Positions 35,401 through 45,688 of a stretch of DNA of 64,000 nt are shown here, in pieces. Under the pieces are notes generated by a model. It saw only the letters and a program-made list of their open reading frames with translations, did not search any database and was not told the origin of the DNA. Source of the DNA: Candidatus Omnitrophota bacterium. Its GTDB lineage: Bacteria > Omnitrophota > Gorgyraeia > Gygaellales > Profunditerraquicolaceae. The stretch is taken from positions 71,093-135,092 of the forward strand of contig JAQTQQ010000003.1 of the NCBI GenBank assembly GCA_028712175.1. The letters run 5' to 3'. A program made the position numbers and the translations under genes. Every line of letters starts with the position of its first letter. Positions within the stretch are counted from its first letter, which is position 1.

Positions 35401-36680
35401 TGACACAATTAGATTTTGCCAAGAAAAATATTATTACTCCGCTTATGCGCAAATTAGCGGTTGCCGAAGGCGTTAAGCCCTTGGACCTGATGCACCTTAT
35501 CAGGGCGGGCAAAGCGGTGATACCTTTAAATGCGAATCATAAGGTAAAGAAGCCCTGCGTAATTGGGGCCACTTTATCCACTAAAGTTAATGCCAATATC
35601 GGTACTTCTACCGATGAATCTCAAATTCCCGATGAAATAGAAAAACTTAAAATTGCTATTAAACATGGCGCTGATGCGGTAATGGATTTAAGCGTAGGCG
35701 GCAATTTAAGTAAAATGTTAAAAAACGTTTTAAGGCATTCAACTGTTCCTGTCGGCACAGTCCCGGTTTATGATGTTGCTGTAAAGGCAGATAAGCGGAA
35801 TAAGAATTTTCTTCAATTTGAAGCAAAAGATATTTTAAACGTATTAGAAGAACAGGCGAAGCTTGGAGTTGATTTTTTTACTATCCATTGCGGGGTAACA
35901 AAAAAAAGCATCAAGGTTTTAGAAAAACATAAAAGGCTTATGGGAATTGTTTCGCGGGGCGGAGCAATTATGGTTAGTTGGATGAAATTGCACAACAAGG
36001 AAAACCCGTTTTATTCATATTTTGACCGGATTTTAGATATTGCTCATAAATATGATATAACTTTAAGTTTAGGGGATGGCTTGCGCCCGGGTTCAATTTT
36101 AGACGCTACGGATAAGGCCCAGATCGCTGAATTAAAAATCCTTGGGAAACTGGCCAAACGCGCCAGGCAGAGGGGTGTCCAGGTTATGATTGAGGGGCCG
36201 GGCCATGTTCCGATAAATCAGATAGAAAAAAATATCGCTTTGGAAAAGAAATATTGTTTTGGCGCCCCATTTTATGTATTGGGCCCGTTAGTTACTGATG
36301 TTGCCGCGGGTTATGACCATATTACTTCTGCAATTGGAGGCGCACTGGCCGCAAGCTTTGGCGCGGATTTTCTTTGTTATGTTACGCCTGCGGAGCATTT
36401 ACGCCACCCATCGGCTGGAGATGTCCGGGAAGGGGTAGTTGCCAGCCGTATTGCCGCTCACGCAGGAGATTTAGTAAAAAGGAGAAAATCCGCTATAGCC
36501 TGGGATAGAAAGGTCTCTTCTGCCCGGCATGCGCGTGACTGGAAAAAACAGATTCAATTATCGATTGATCCGGAGAAAGCAAAACAATATCGCTTAAGTA
36601 GTAAGCCGGAGCTTTCTAGTGTATGTACGATGTGCGGGAAATATTGTTCTATTAAATTAATGGAAGATTGTATCAGGTAG
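35400..36680 (+). CDS. thiC: Phosphomethylpyrimidine synthase (radical SAM, ThiC)
   Basis: 426 aa. ...FTIHCGVTKKS... . C-terminal CTMCGKYCS Fe-S motif. Confidence 0.9.
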   Translation: MTQLDFAKKNIITPLMRKLAVAEGVKPLDLMHLIRAGKAVIPLNANHKVKKPCVIGATLSTKVNANIGTSTDESQIPDEIEKLKIAIKHGADAVMDLSVGGNLSKMLKNVLRHSTVPVGTVPVYDVAVKADKRNKNFLQFEAKDILNVLEEQAKLGVDFFTIHCGVTKKSIKVLEKHKRLMGIVSRGGAIMVSWMKLHNKENPFYSYFDRILDIAHKYDITLSLGDGLRPGSILDATDKAQIAELKILGKLAKRARQRGVQVMIEGPGHVPINQIEKNIALEKKYCFGAPFYVLGPLVTDVAAGYDHITSAIGGALAASFGADFLCYVTPAEHLRHPSAGDVREGVVASRIAAHAGDLVKRRKSAIAWDRKVSSARHARDWKKQIQLSIDPEKAKQYRLSSKPELSSVCTMCGKYCSIKLMEDCIR

Positions 36681-36702
36681 TATTGGCTTGAGGACGGTGT
36701 TT

Positions 36703-36773
36703 GCGAGCGTAGTTCAGTGGTAGAACACTAGCTTCCCAAGCTAGATATGGGGGTTCGATTCCCCTCGCTCGCT
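36703..36773 (+). tRNA. tRNA-Gly (anticodon CCC)
   Basis: Cloverleaf: GCGAGCG acceptor, GTTC/GAAC D-stem, CTAGC-TTCCCAA-GCTAG anticodon arm (CCC), GGGGT-TCGATTC-CCCCT T-arm. CCA is not encoded. Confidence 0.85.
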
Positions 36774-36863
36774 GAATTGGCGGCGGTCCCCTGCCTGCTA
36801 GAAGGCAGGGATTCCGCTTGTCCGCTTAATGAGTAGAAAACAGTCAGAATATAGAATATTAGA

Positions 36864-37535
36864 TTGATGAAAATCAAGATTATAATTTTAATACTTATTG
36901 CCGGGTTAGCAGGATGCTCGACAGTCCCTACTTATACTGGCCCGGCTTTGCCTGTTTCGGTGCAGAAAGTTTCAGGGTTACAGCATAAGGTTGAAGCAGG
37001 CCAGACTCTTTGGAGGATATCGCGCATATATAATGTGGATATTGATGATATCCTGAAGCTTAACCGCATCTCGGAAGATGCAGTAATTGAAATCGGGCAA
37101 GTGCTTATGATTCCGGAAGCATCTGCCTTGCGCGGCAGCGAGCAGGCAATTAAATCTGCTTCAGATGATTTTATTTGGCCGCTTAAAGGCAAAGTAATTT
37201 CCGGTTTTGGTTCAAATTACCGCAACCTGATTAACAGGGGGATCAATATACAGGCTTCCTCAGGCGCAGAGATTTTAGCCAGCCGGAGCGGCAGGGTAGT
37301 TTTTTACGCCGCTAATTTTGGAAATTTTGGGAAAACCGTAATTATTGACCACGGAGACGGGCTGCGCAGTGTCTATTCAAGGATATCCGATGTTTTTGTA
37401 AAAGCCGGCGATAATGTGTACAGGGGCGCCATAATTGGGCGCGTTGGCATATCTCCGAGGGATAAAAATAGTTATTTGTATTTTGAGATCAGAAAAGGCG
37501 CTTTGCCTCAGAACCCCGCATTTTACTTGCCATGA
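36864..37535 (+). CDS. LysM-domain / M23 family peptidase lipoprotein (NlpD-like)
   Basis: Lipobox LAGCS. LysM (...GQTLWRISRIYNVDIDDILKLN...). C-terminal M23 LytM domain. Confidence 0.8.
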   Translation: MMKIKIIILILIAGLAGCSTVPTYTGPALPVSVQKVSGLQHKVEAGQTLWRISRIYNVDIDDILKLNRISEDAVIEIGQVLMIPEASALRGSEQAIKSASDDFIWPLKGKVISGFGSNYRNLINRGINIQASSGAEILASRSGRVVFYAANFGNFGKTVIIDHGDGLRSVYSRISDVFVKAGDNVYRGAIIGRVGISPRDKNSYLYFEIRKGALPQNPAFYLP

Positions 37536-39127
37536 TAAAAGATAAATTCTTTGACCGTAAGAATTATATTCAGGTTTTGGAAAAAAGGGTAAGCAGCTTA
37601 AAAGAAGGTTACCGCCAGAATATCGCTATTATTGGCCAGGAGGATGTTGGAAAAACGAGCATTATTAGTAAATTCTTAGCCGGTTTCACCGACCCCCGGA
37701 TTATATCGGTATTTTTGGAAGTGCGTCCTGAATCTTTGGATAGTTTTGCTAAGAGGTTTATAAGCACCCTGCTTTATAACTTCCTTATAAATAGCGGCAT
37801 AGCATTGAAGGAAGACGTCAGTTATTTAATCAGTAAGTCGTGCCGTCATATCCCCAAGTCCTGCGAAAAAATAAATTTTATACTAAATGAGCTTTCCAGA
37901 AGAAAGAAGTTAAATATTATTACCGAACTTTTTAGCCTGCCGGAGCTGATTAATCAGGAAACAGGTAAATTTACGGTTATTTTCCTTGATGAATTCCATA
38001 ACCTTGAAAATATCGGTGTTAGTAATATATACCGGGAATGGGGTAAGTTGTTGATCCTGCAGAAAAACACGCTTTATGCTATAACCAGCTCAAGGATATT
38101 TAAAGCTAAAGCCATTCTCTCCAAGCAGCTGTCGCTATTATTCGGTAATTTTGAGGTAATTACTATTGAGCCTTTTGATATCCGCACCAGTTCCAGTTAT
38201 CTTGACCAGCGTATTCCCGCTTTAAAGTTAAACCCGGGTTTAAAAGATTTTATAATTAATTTCACGGGAGGCTATCCGCTATACCTTGAATTAATAGCTG
38301 ATGCCTTAAGCAAAGCAAATATTTCTTTAGACCTTCCTGATATTCTTGAGAACCTGCTCTTTAACACCTCTGGGATCCTTAATCAAAGATTCTCTAATTA
38401 TATTAAACGTTTCTTGGATGAACCGGAAAATAACGATTATATATCTATACTTTATTTGGTCTCTTGCGGAGAAAATCGGATTAAGGATATTGCGCATATC
38501 CTGCGTAAACAAAAAAAAGAGCTTTATGCAAGAGTGAATTACCTTCTTGAAGCAGATGTTATCAGCCGCAGCGGAGATTTCCTGAAAGTTGGCGACCGCT
38601 TGTTTGCTTATTGGATGCGTTTTGTTTATCAGGAAAAGATGCGTTGTATTTCTTTTGACGCAAAGAACCAAAAGGATAAATTCCGGAAAAATATCCTCGG
38701 CCTTATTAAAGAGTTTTCCGTGCAGTCAGAAAAACCTTTGGCTAACCGTGTTTATGAACTGCTTGCGTTGTTTGAGGATGATCTTATGCAGGTTGAGCGT
38801 AAGAAAATAAGGCTTAACCATTTTCGAGAAATCAAGCCATTGGTTTTTAATCAACGATTCTTAAAAGATGGTTTATTGGGCCGTTCAAGCGATGCTTTGT
38901 GGATTATGGCGATTAAGCCTGAGGCGCTTACTGAACAGGATATAGCTGAGTTTGCCAAAGAATGCAAAAGGTACCATCATAAGTCGCAGCGCAAGATCAT
39001 TGTTACTTTAAAAGAAGTAGATCCGAACGCAAGGTTAAAGGCGCTTGAAGAGAAGATCTGGACATGGGATTTAAATAGCCTGAATCAGATCCTTGATTTA
39101 TTTTCAAAACCGCGCGTAATCGCTTAA
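37532..39127 (+). CDS. AAA+ ATPase of the archaeal-type ATPase (PF01637-like) family with DUF234-like C-terminus
   Basis: Walker A IIGQEDVGKTS. Walker B ...VIFLDEFHN.... 531 aa. Confidence 0.6.
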   Translation: MIKDKFFDRKNYIQVLEKRVSSLKEGYRQNIAIIGQEDVGKTSIISKFLAGFTDPRIISVFLEVRPESLDSFAKRFISTLLYNFLINSGIALKEDVSYLISKSCRHIPKSCEKINFILNELSRRKKLNIITELFSLPELINQETGKFTVIFLDEFHNLENIGVSNIYREWGKLLILQKNTLYAITSSRIFKAKAILSKQLSLLFGNFEVITIEPFDIRTSSSYLDQRIPALKLNPGLKDFIINFTGGYPLYLELIADALSKANISLDLPDILENLLFNTSGILNQRFSNYIKRFLDEPENNDYISILYLVSCGENRIKDIAHILRKQKKELYARVNYLLEADVISRSGDFLKVGDRLFAYWMRFVYQEKMRCISFDAKNQKDKFRKNILGLIKEFSVQSEKPLANRVYELLALFEDDLMQVERKKIRLNHFREIKPLVFNQRFLKDGLLGRSSDALWIMAIKPEALTEQDIAEFAKECKRYHHKSQRKIIVTLKEVDPNARLKALEEKIWTWDLNSLNQILDLFSKPRVIA

Positions 39128-39158
39128 CGCCGATTTTCTGAAGAGCTTAAAGCCTGCG

Positions 39159-39662
39159 TTGAAGAGAAAGAACCAAGTGAAAATTGGAGTAATTTCAGAT
39201 ACGCATATCCCCGATAGATGTGGGCATATACCTGCTAAAATCTTAGAAGCTTTTAAGCAGGTAGATATGGTTATTCATGCTGGCGATATGGTGACTTTGG
39301 AGGCAATAGATGAGTTAATGTCGGTATGCCCTAAGGTAGTCGCCGTAGCCGGGAATATGGATGGCAGTGAAGTTGTAAAAAAATACCCGTTAAAACAGGT
39401 ATTCAATATTTCAGGATTTAAGATCGGACTTGCGCATGGGGCAGGGGCGCCGGTAAAGCTGATTGAGCTGCTTAAAAGTACATTTGAAGAGGACAATTGC
39501 GATATTATTGTTTTTGGGCATTCTCATAAGCCCATGAACGAGAAAATAGGAAAAATTTTATTTTTTAATCCGGGCAGCGCGACTGACTGCCTTTTAGGAG
39601 AACCCTCTTACGGAATAATTGAAATTAACGGCAAAATCGAGGCTCGCATAATTAAAATATAA
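39159..39662 (+). CDS. YfcE/MJ0936-family metallophosphoesterase
   Basis: ...IGVISDTHIP... GDMV... GNMDG... GHSH motifs. 167 aa. Confidence 0.8.
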   Translation: MKRKNQVKIGVISDTHIPDRCGHIPAKILEAFKQVDMVIHAGDMVTLEAIDELMSVCPKVVAVAGNMDGSEVVKKYPLKQVFNISGFKIGLAHGAGAPVKLIELLKSTFEEDNCDIIVFGHSHKPMNEKIGKILFFNPGSATDCLLGEPSYGIIEINGKIEARIIKI

Positions 39663-39664
39663 AT

Positions 39665-40138
39665 ATGGACAGGCTTTGGGCTCCTTGGCGTATAGATTAC
39701 GTAAGTAAAAAGAAGAAAGAAAAAGGCTGTGTTTTTTGTAATGCAAAGAAAAATACTGCCGGAGATTACGTAATTTTTAAGACAAGACAATCAATTTGCC
39801 TGCTTAATATTTATCCCTACAATAACGGCCATATCCTGATTGCTCCCCTAAGGCACTTTGGCGATATATCAGAGGCGCTTGATAAGGAGATTTTGGATAT
39901 GTTTAAATGCGCCAAGCGGGTAAAGGTGCTGCTTGAGAAAACCTTAAAACCTCAAGGTTACAATATAGGGTTTAATCTTAAGCGTGCAGCCGGCGCAGGA
40001 ATTACCGGACATTTGCATTTACATATTGTCCCCCGCTGGGTAGGGGACACTAATTTTATGCCGGTAGTCGCTAATCATAAAATTATTTCTCAATCGCTAG
40101 AGGAACTAGCTAAACTCCTGAAAAATGCCGACAAATAA
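39665..40138 (+). CDS. HIT-superfamily nucleotide hydrolase/transferase
   Basis: ...CVFC...NNGHILIAPLRH... and HLHLHIVPRW histidine triad. 157 aa. Confidence 0.7.
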   Translation: MDRLWAPWRIDYVSKKKKEKGCVFCNAKKNTAGDYVIFKTRQSICLLNIYPYNNGHILIAPLRHFGDISEALDKEILDMFKCAKRVKVLLEKTLKPQGYNIGFNLKRAAGAGITGHLHLHIVPRWVGDTNFMPVVANHKIISQSLEELAKLLKNADK

Positions 40139-41318
40139 ATTTAAAAGTTTAGGTAAATTGCAGCCAAACAACAGCTTTTTGGCTAATGAATTTGAGGAAA
40201 AGTTCCTGGCGCCTTATGCAATGAAGAGTTCTAATTCCCGCGGCAGGGTGCATAAGGAAGAAGAGCATGCTTACCGGCTTTGTTACCAGCGCGATCGGGA
40301 CCGCATTATTCATTCTGCGGCTTTTAGGAGGCTTGAGTATAAGACGCAGGTTTTTGTAAACCATGAAGGTGATTATTACCGTACCCGCCTGACTCATAGT
40401 ATTGAGGTTTCTCAAATTGCCCGCACCGTTGCTTGCGCGCTGCGTTTGAATACGGATTTAACCGAGGCAATCGCCCTGGCGCATGATCTGGGGCATACGC
40501 CTTTTGGCCATTCCGGTGAAGAAGTGCTTAATGAATTAATGGCTAAGTGCGGAGGGTTTAATCATAACCTCCAGGGATTAAGAGTAGTGGATTATCTGGA
40601 GGAACGTTATCCGGATTTTCCCGGTTTAAACTTAAGCTGGGAAGTAAGAGAGGGGATCGTTAAGCATTCTTCGGTTTTTGATATCGCGGTTAAAATTAAA
40701 GAGTTTTTCCCGGAAAGGATGCCTTCGTTGGAAACCCAGCTTGTTGATGCCGCCGATGAAATAGCTTATGATAATCACGATTTGGATGACGGGTTAACCT
40801 CAGGGTTAATTAAGGAGAGCGACCTAGAGGGGCTTGATATCTGGAAGAAAATAAATCACAAGATAGGCCAGAAATATGATAAAATTAATTTTAATTACCG
40901 TAAATACCTGATCATCCGTGGTTTAATCGATTTGCAGGTAACGGACCTAATCCGGCATACTCAATCGGAAATAAACAGGCTAAAAATTAAAAATTACACC
41001 GACCTTTATAAGGCTGGGCGTAAGATAGTAGGTTTTAGCAAAGAGGTCAGCGAATTAAGAAAGCCGCTTAGGCAGTTGCTCATGCAAAAACTCTATCATC
41101 ATTACCGTGTTATGCGCATGAGCACCAAAGCAAAACGTTTTATAAGGGAATTATTTTGTGAATATGTCAACCGCCCTCAGCAATTGCCTTCGGAGGTCCA
41201 GCAAAAGATTTCCAAAGAAGGAGTAAGGCGGGTGGTATGTGATTATATCGCTGGCATGACTGACCGGTACGCATTAGATGAATACAAAAAATTATTTAAC
41301 CCCTACGAAAAAGTATAG
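40125..41318 (+). CDS. dgt: dGTP triphosphohydrolase-like HD-domain protein
   Basis: ...RTRLTHSIEVSQIAR... and ...HDLGHTPFGHSGE... HD motifs of the Dgt family. 397 aa. Confidence 0.8.
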   Translation: MPTNKFKSLGKLQPNNSFLANEFEEKFLAPYAMKSSNSRGRVHKEEEHAYRLCYQRDRDRIIHSAAFRRLEYKTQVFVNHEGDYYRTRLTHSIEVSQIARTVACALRLNTDLTEAIALAHDLGHTPFGHSGEEVLNELMAKCGGFNHNLQGLRVVDYLEERYPDFPGLNLSWEVREGIVKHSSVFDIAVKIKEFFPERMPSLETQLVDAADEIAYDNHDLDDGLTSGLIKESDLEGLDIWKKINHKIGQKYDKINFNYRKYLIIRGLIDLQVTDLIRHTQSEINRLKIKNYTDLYKAGRKIVGFSKEVSELRKPLRQLLMQKLYHHYRVMRMSTKAKRFIRELFCEYVNRPQQLPSEVQQKISKEGVRRVVCDYIAGMTDRYALDEYKKLFNPYEKV

Positions 41319-42351
41319 ATTTTTGATTTCGGCGGTGCATAGTATTTACCGTTTGCTTAACTCTACCTATGAGGTTAATGAGTTAGTCGGCCGCATGGGC
41401 CGGCTGTTTTGCCAATTTTTTAATGCGTATTATTGTGCGATTATCCTGTTGGATCCTACTAAGAAATATTCCACTATTAAATGCACGATAGATGACAATA
41501 AAAAGGTCCTCACAGATAAAAGGCTTAAAATCAGCGGTAAGGTTGAAGAAAAAATAATTAAGAAGTCCTCTTCGGTTAGAAAAGGCAATCTTTTAGGCAT
41601 TCCGCTTATCTCCGAAGACATTCTTGGGCTGATTATTATAAAACGCACACAACCTTCTAAGCCATTTGATATTTTTGATCAGGAGATGCTTATGACGATG
41701 GCCGAGCAGGCAGTAGTTGGAATTAAGAACCTGCAGCTTTATGAGGAGCAACAGAGGATAGTGCTTGGCAGTATTAAATCTTTGGTTACATTTTTAAATA
41801 CGAGGGTTTCCAGCGAATATACGCATTCACCGCATTTTAGCAAGTTAGTTTATGCTTTAGGGTGCGAGGTGCATCTGGATGAAAAACAGCTTCAGAGCCT
41901 TAAATATGCCAGCCTTCTTCATGATGCCGGAAAAATAGATATCCCGGCTGCGATATTGACCAAAACTACTAAACTCACCGAAGAAGAATACAATGTTATT
42001 AAAAAACACCCGGTTAAGGGAGCGCAAATTTTAAGGCCGTTGCAGGTTTTGCGTCCGGCCATTCCGATTATTATGTACCATCATGAAAAATATGATGGCT
42101 CCGGGTATCCTTCCCGGCTTAAAGGCAAGAAAATACCATTGGGTGCGCGTATAATGTCGGTAGCGGATGCATTTGAGGCGATGGTTTACGGCAGGCCTTA
42201 TCGTCAGAGGATGGATATCGCATCTGCCATTAAAGAGATAAAGAAAAAAGGCGGAACGCAATTTGACCCTAAGGTTGTTGAAGCTTTCTTGAGGGTAATC
42301 AAGAAATTTAATAAGCGGATTTATCTGGATCAGGATACATCGAAATCATAA
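41278..42351 (+). CDS. HD-GYP domain phosphodiesterase with N-terminal GAF-like domain (second copy)
   Basis: ...HDAGKIDIPAAIL...YHHEKYDGSGYP... Confidence 0.8.
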   Translation: MNTKNYLTPTKKYRFLISAVHSIYRLLNSTYEVNELVGRMGRLFCQFFNAYYCAIILLDPTKKYSTIKCTIDDNKKVLTDKRLKISGKVEEKIIKKSSSVRKGNLLGIPLISEDILGLIIIKRTQPSKPFDIFDQEMLMTMAEQAVVGIKNLQLYEEQQRIVLGSIKSLVTFLNTRVSSEYTHSPHFSKLVYALGCEVHLDEKQLQSLKYASLLHDAGKIDIPAAILTKTTKLTEEEYNVIKKHPVKGAQILRPLQVLRPAIPIIMYHHEKYDGSGYPSRLKGKKIPLGARIMSVADAFEAMVYGRPYRQRMDIASAIKEIKKKGGTQFDPKVVEAFLRVIKKFNKRIYLDQDTSKS

Positions 42352-42360
42352 ATTAAGTGT

Positions 42361-42804
42361 ATGAGCCAAAAGCAGGAATATGTACAACCCGAACTTTTTA
42401 CGCAATCCGAAGACAGCGGGCAGTATAAACCGCAAATTCCGAGGAACCCGTTTTTTTTAAGGATTCGTAACTACGAAAAAGCCATGCTTTTTGTCATGGG
42501 CATGGTTATATTAAGCATAATTTCTTTTTCTCTCGGCGTAGAAAAAGGCAAGCATGTAGCCAGGGTTGAGAATAATAACGTTAACCCGGGCACCTACACT
42601 ATTCAGGTTGCAGCTTTTAAAAACAAGCAGCTTGCTTTAAGGCTGGCGCAGAATTTAATAAAAAGCGGTTTTTCGCCGATGGCTTTTACCAAAGGAAATT
42701 ACTTTATTTTGTGCGTAGGCAAATTTTCTAATCAAGAGAGCGCGCAACCTATGCTGATTCACCTGCAAAGGACCTACGCTAATTGCCGCATAAGGAGGTT
42801 ATAA
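42361..42804 (+). CDS. SPOR-domain membrane protein
   Basis: Single TM followed by a C-terminal SPOR-like domain (YTIQVAAFKNKQLALRLAQNLIKSGF...). Confidence 0.7.
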   Translation: MSQKQEYVQPELFTQSEDSGQYKPQIPRNPFFLRIRNYEKAMLFVMGMVILSIISFSLGVEKGKHVARVENNNVNPGTYTIQVAAFKNKQLALRLAQNLIKSGFSPMAFTKGNYFILCVGKFSNQESAQPMLIHLQRTYANCRIRRL

Positions 42805-42807
42805 AAC

Positions 42808-43080
42808 ATGTCAGTACATCCGTCATTAACTATTTCGGAAAAGGACAAAAAGGCCCGTTCGGTATTAAAACGAACGGAGCGTATCAGGCAGATGCAGGAA
42901 AAGGGCAACTGGCAAGAAGGTAACCCTGTTTATGGATTACCGAAGCTAAAGACGCTCAGGATTAAAATTAAAAAAGAGAAGGTTGAGAAGGCTGAAACTT
43001 CTGCTGATGGGTCTGTTCCGGCTGCCGCCGGGGCAAAAGAAGCGCCTAAAGCTGCTTCTAAGGGTGAAGTTAAGAAATAA
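42808..43080 (+). CDS. Small basic hypothetical protein
   Basis: 90 aa, Lys/Ala-rich C-terminus. No recognisable domain. Confidence 0.3.
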   Translation: MSVHPSLTISEKDKKARSVLKRTERIRQMQEKGNWQEGNPVYGLPKLKTLRIKIKKEKVEKAETSADGSVPAAAGAKEAPKAASKGEVKK

Positions 43081-43090
43081 GGCTGGTTAA

Positions 43091-43876
43091 ATGCTGATAA
43101 ATTCTAAATATAAGGTAATACTTATTCTTATTATGCTTTGTTTTAGCTTGGCGGGATTTGTTTTTGCCGGTACATTTTCTGCGTTTACCGGGCAGATTAA
43201 CGCAGATAATATAAATGTCAGGGTTGATGCGACAGTTGCCTCTACGGCAGTCTGCATTCTTTCTAAAGGCGCGCTGGTTGAGGTTGTTGCGGAAGCCTAT
43301 GATTGGTATAAAATCCGCCTGCCCAAGGAAGCGCCTTCCTACGTAAGAAAAGACCTTGTTGAGTGTATCAATATGGACCCGGTTGCCAATCCGGGAAAGT
43401 GCCTCAGCGCCAAAGTGATAAAGGACAGGGTGAATATCCGTTTGGGGCCGAGCGAATCGAGCTGGATTCTTGGAAAGATTAACAGGCTTACGGTGGTTAA
43501 TATTCTTGCTGCTTCAGGCAGCTGGTACAGGATTCAGCCGATATATCAAAGCTTCGGCTGGGTAAATAAAAAATTTGTTAGCAAAGATTTCGTTCCCGCG
43601 GTTAAGGAGGAAGAGCCTGCTAAAACCATAAAAGAAATAGCGCCTTCCGGCCGCATGATTATAGAAGGCAATGTTAGCCCGTATGGCGTAGTCCTATGGC
43701 GTAAAGCGACGCATAAATTAATCACTGCTGACAATAAAATATATTTTCTAAAAGGCAACCGTAAAAGCTTAAACAGCCTTAATTACCATAAAGTAAAGGT
43801 TACCGGAAAACTTATCAGCCCAGAAGCAAATAAATATCCTATTATTGAAATAGATACCATTGAGTTATCGGCATAG
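43091..43876 (+). CDS. Secreted protein with tandem bacterial SH3 (SH3b)-like domains
   Basis: Signal peptide. Two SH3_3-like repeats (...NINVRVDATVAS...VLSKGALVEVV...WYKIRLP... and ...RVNIRLGPSESS...WYRIQ...). Confidence 0.6.
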   Translation: MLINSKYKVILILIMLCFSLAGFVFAGTFSAFTGQINADNINVRVDATVASTAVCILSKGALVEVVAEAYDWYKIRLPKEAPSYVRKDLVECINMDPVANPGKCLSAKVIKDRVNIRLGPSESSWILGKINRLTVVNILAASGSWYRIQPIYQSFGWVNKKFVSKDFVPAVKEEEPAKTIKEIAPSGRMIIEGNVSPYGVVLWRKATHKLITADNKIYFLKGNRKSLNSLNYHKVKVTGKLISPEANKYPIIEIDTIELSA

Positions 43877-43968
43877 AAAGCTTTGTGTTACCGCCATTTC
43901 ATGCGGAGTTTAGTTTTCCTGCTGCTTTAAGCCGCATATTTGATATATTAAGAAGAAAGAGGTGTTAA

Positions 43969-44589
43969 GTGGATTTTGCCAGTTTAATCCCGCAGTTTGC
44001 CATTTCATTCGGGCTTTTGTTGATTGCTATGACTGTGCATGAATTTTCTCATGGCCTTGTAGCTTATAGGCTGGGAGACCCTACCGCAAGTAATTCCGGA
44101 CGGCTGACATTAAATCCCCTGGCGCATATTGACCCATTTTGGACCGTGCTTTTGCCGCTTATGCTTTTTTTATCTACGGGAGGAAATCTTGTCTTTGGTG
44201 CGGCAAAACCTGTCCCAATAAATTACTACGCATTGAAGAATCCTAAGCGGGATATGATTTGGATCGGTCTTGCCGGGCCGCTTGCTAATTTTATTTTAGC
44301 TTTTCTTATCGCTCAGATTATAAAATTTTTCCCCTTTGGCGAGTTATTGACTTATCTGCTTTATAATCTATTGGCCATTAACGTAGTTTTAGCGGTATTT
44401 AACCTTATTCCGATTCCTCCGCTTGACGGTTCAAGAGTTTTGATGGGCCTGCTTCCCTTGGGTTTAAGCCGCCAGTATGCTGCTTTGGAACGTTATGGTT
44501 TTATTATTCTTTTTGCTTTTATCTGGCTGGGTATTTTTAACCGGATACTTTGGCCGATGGTTAATTTAATTATTGGAATGATGGTTTAA
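43969..44589 (+). CDS. Site-2 protease family zinc metalloprotease (M50)
   Basis: HEFSHGLVAYRLGD HExxH in a TM segment. Later ...LNLIPIPPLDGS... LDG motif. GTG start. Confidence 0.75.
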   Translation: MDFASLIPQFAISFGLLLIAMTVHEFSHGLVAYRLGDPTASNSGRLTLNPLAHIDPFWTVLLPLMLFLSTGGNLVFGAAKPVPINYYALKNPKRDMIWIGLAGPLANFILAFLIAQIIKFFPFGELLTYLLYNLLAINVVLAVFNLIPIPPLDGSRVLMGLLPLGLSRQYAALERYGFIILFAFIWLGIFNRILWPMVNLIIGMMV

Positions 44590-44600
44590 AAGGAAATATC

Positions 44601-45686
44601 GTGCATAAAATAACAGTAAATCTAGGGATGCGGAGTTATAAGATAATCGTCGGAAGAAACATAACCGGCCAACTTGGAAAAGTTTTAAAAAGACTCAATA
44701 TCGGTTCCGACGCTTTTATTATTACCAATAATTTTCTAAAAAATAAATACGGCGCTAAGCTTGCGCAGTCTTTGTCCGCGGCTGGAATTAACTTTATTTT
44801 TAAAACAGTTTTAGACAGCGAAAAGAGTAAATCCATTGAAACTGCAAGCATTGTAATTAAAGATGTAGCTAAATTTGACAGGAAAAAGAAAGTTTTTATT
44901 ATTGCTTTCGGCGGGGGGGTAATCGGAGACCTTGCGGGTTTTGTTGCCTCTGTTTATAAGCGTGGTACAAACTATATACAGGTTCCTACAACTTTGCTCG
45001 CGCAGGTTGATTCCGCTATCGGTGGTAAAACCGCCCTGGATCTTGCTTCGGGAAAGAATTTAGTCGGCGCCTTTTACCAACCGAGGCTTGTATTTAGCGA
45101 TGTTGAATTCCTGAAAACTTTGGATAATAAACAGCTTGGTTCGGGAATGGCTGAAGTAATTAAATATGCGGTTATAAAAGATGCTAAACTTTTTACTTAT
45201 TTAGAAACCAGGCATAAAGCCCTGTCTTCGGGCAGTGCGCATGCGCTTATGGAGATAATTGGCTCATGCAGCAGGATTAAGGCGTTGATAACGAGTAAAG
45301 ACGAAAAGGAATCTTTGGGCCTAAGGACTATTCTTAATTTCGGCCATACGATTGGCCATGCGATTGAGGCAGCAGGCGGATACAAGAGGTATAACCACGG
45401 CCAAGCCGTTGGCCTGGGCATGATTGCCGCCGTTAATTTAAGTGCTGTTCTTGGGCTGATTGATAGAAAAGTGTCCGAGAGAGTCAAAGATCTAATTGAG
45501 CTTTATGGCTTACCTGTAAAGTTAAAGAATGTACCCTTGGATAAAATCATTAAAGCGCATTATTATGACAAGAAGTTTTCAGGCAAAGAGAATAAATTAG
45601 TGCTTATCAGTGCGATAGGGCAAGCTAAGATTGTGCGTAATGTCAGGCTGGATTTGATAAAGCAGGCGGTTAATAGTATAGTTTAA
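44601..45686 (+). CDS. aroB: 3-dehydroquinate synthase
   Basis: ...GGGVIGDLAGFVAS... NAD-binding motif and metal-binding His residues. 361 aa. Confidence 0.85.
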   Translation: MHKITVNLGMRSYKIIVGRNITGQLGKVLKRLNIGSDAFIITNNFLKNKYGAKLAQSLSAAGINFIFKTVLDSEKSKSIETASIVIKDVAKFDRKKKVFIIAFGGGVIGDLAGFVASVYKRGTNYIQVPTTLLAQVDSAIGGKTALDLASGKNLVGAFYQPRLVFSDVEFLKTLDNKQLGSGMAEVIKYAVIKDAKLFTYLETRHKALSSGSAHALMEIIGSCSRIKALITSKDEKESLGLRTILNFGHTIGHAIEAAGGYKRYNHGQAVGLGMIAAVNLSAVLGLIDRKVSERVKDLIELYGLPVKLKNVPLDKIIKAHYYDKKFSGKENKLVLISAIGQAKIVRNVRLDLIKQAVNSIV

Positions 45687-45688
45687 AG

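Noticed and set aside
36774-36860. Hairpin CCCTGCC-tgctagaa-GGCAGGG after tRNA-Gly as a second RNA gene
   Set aside because: Simple stem-loop without conserved features. Most likely the tRNA 3' processing/terminator structure.
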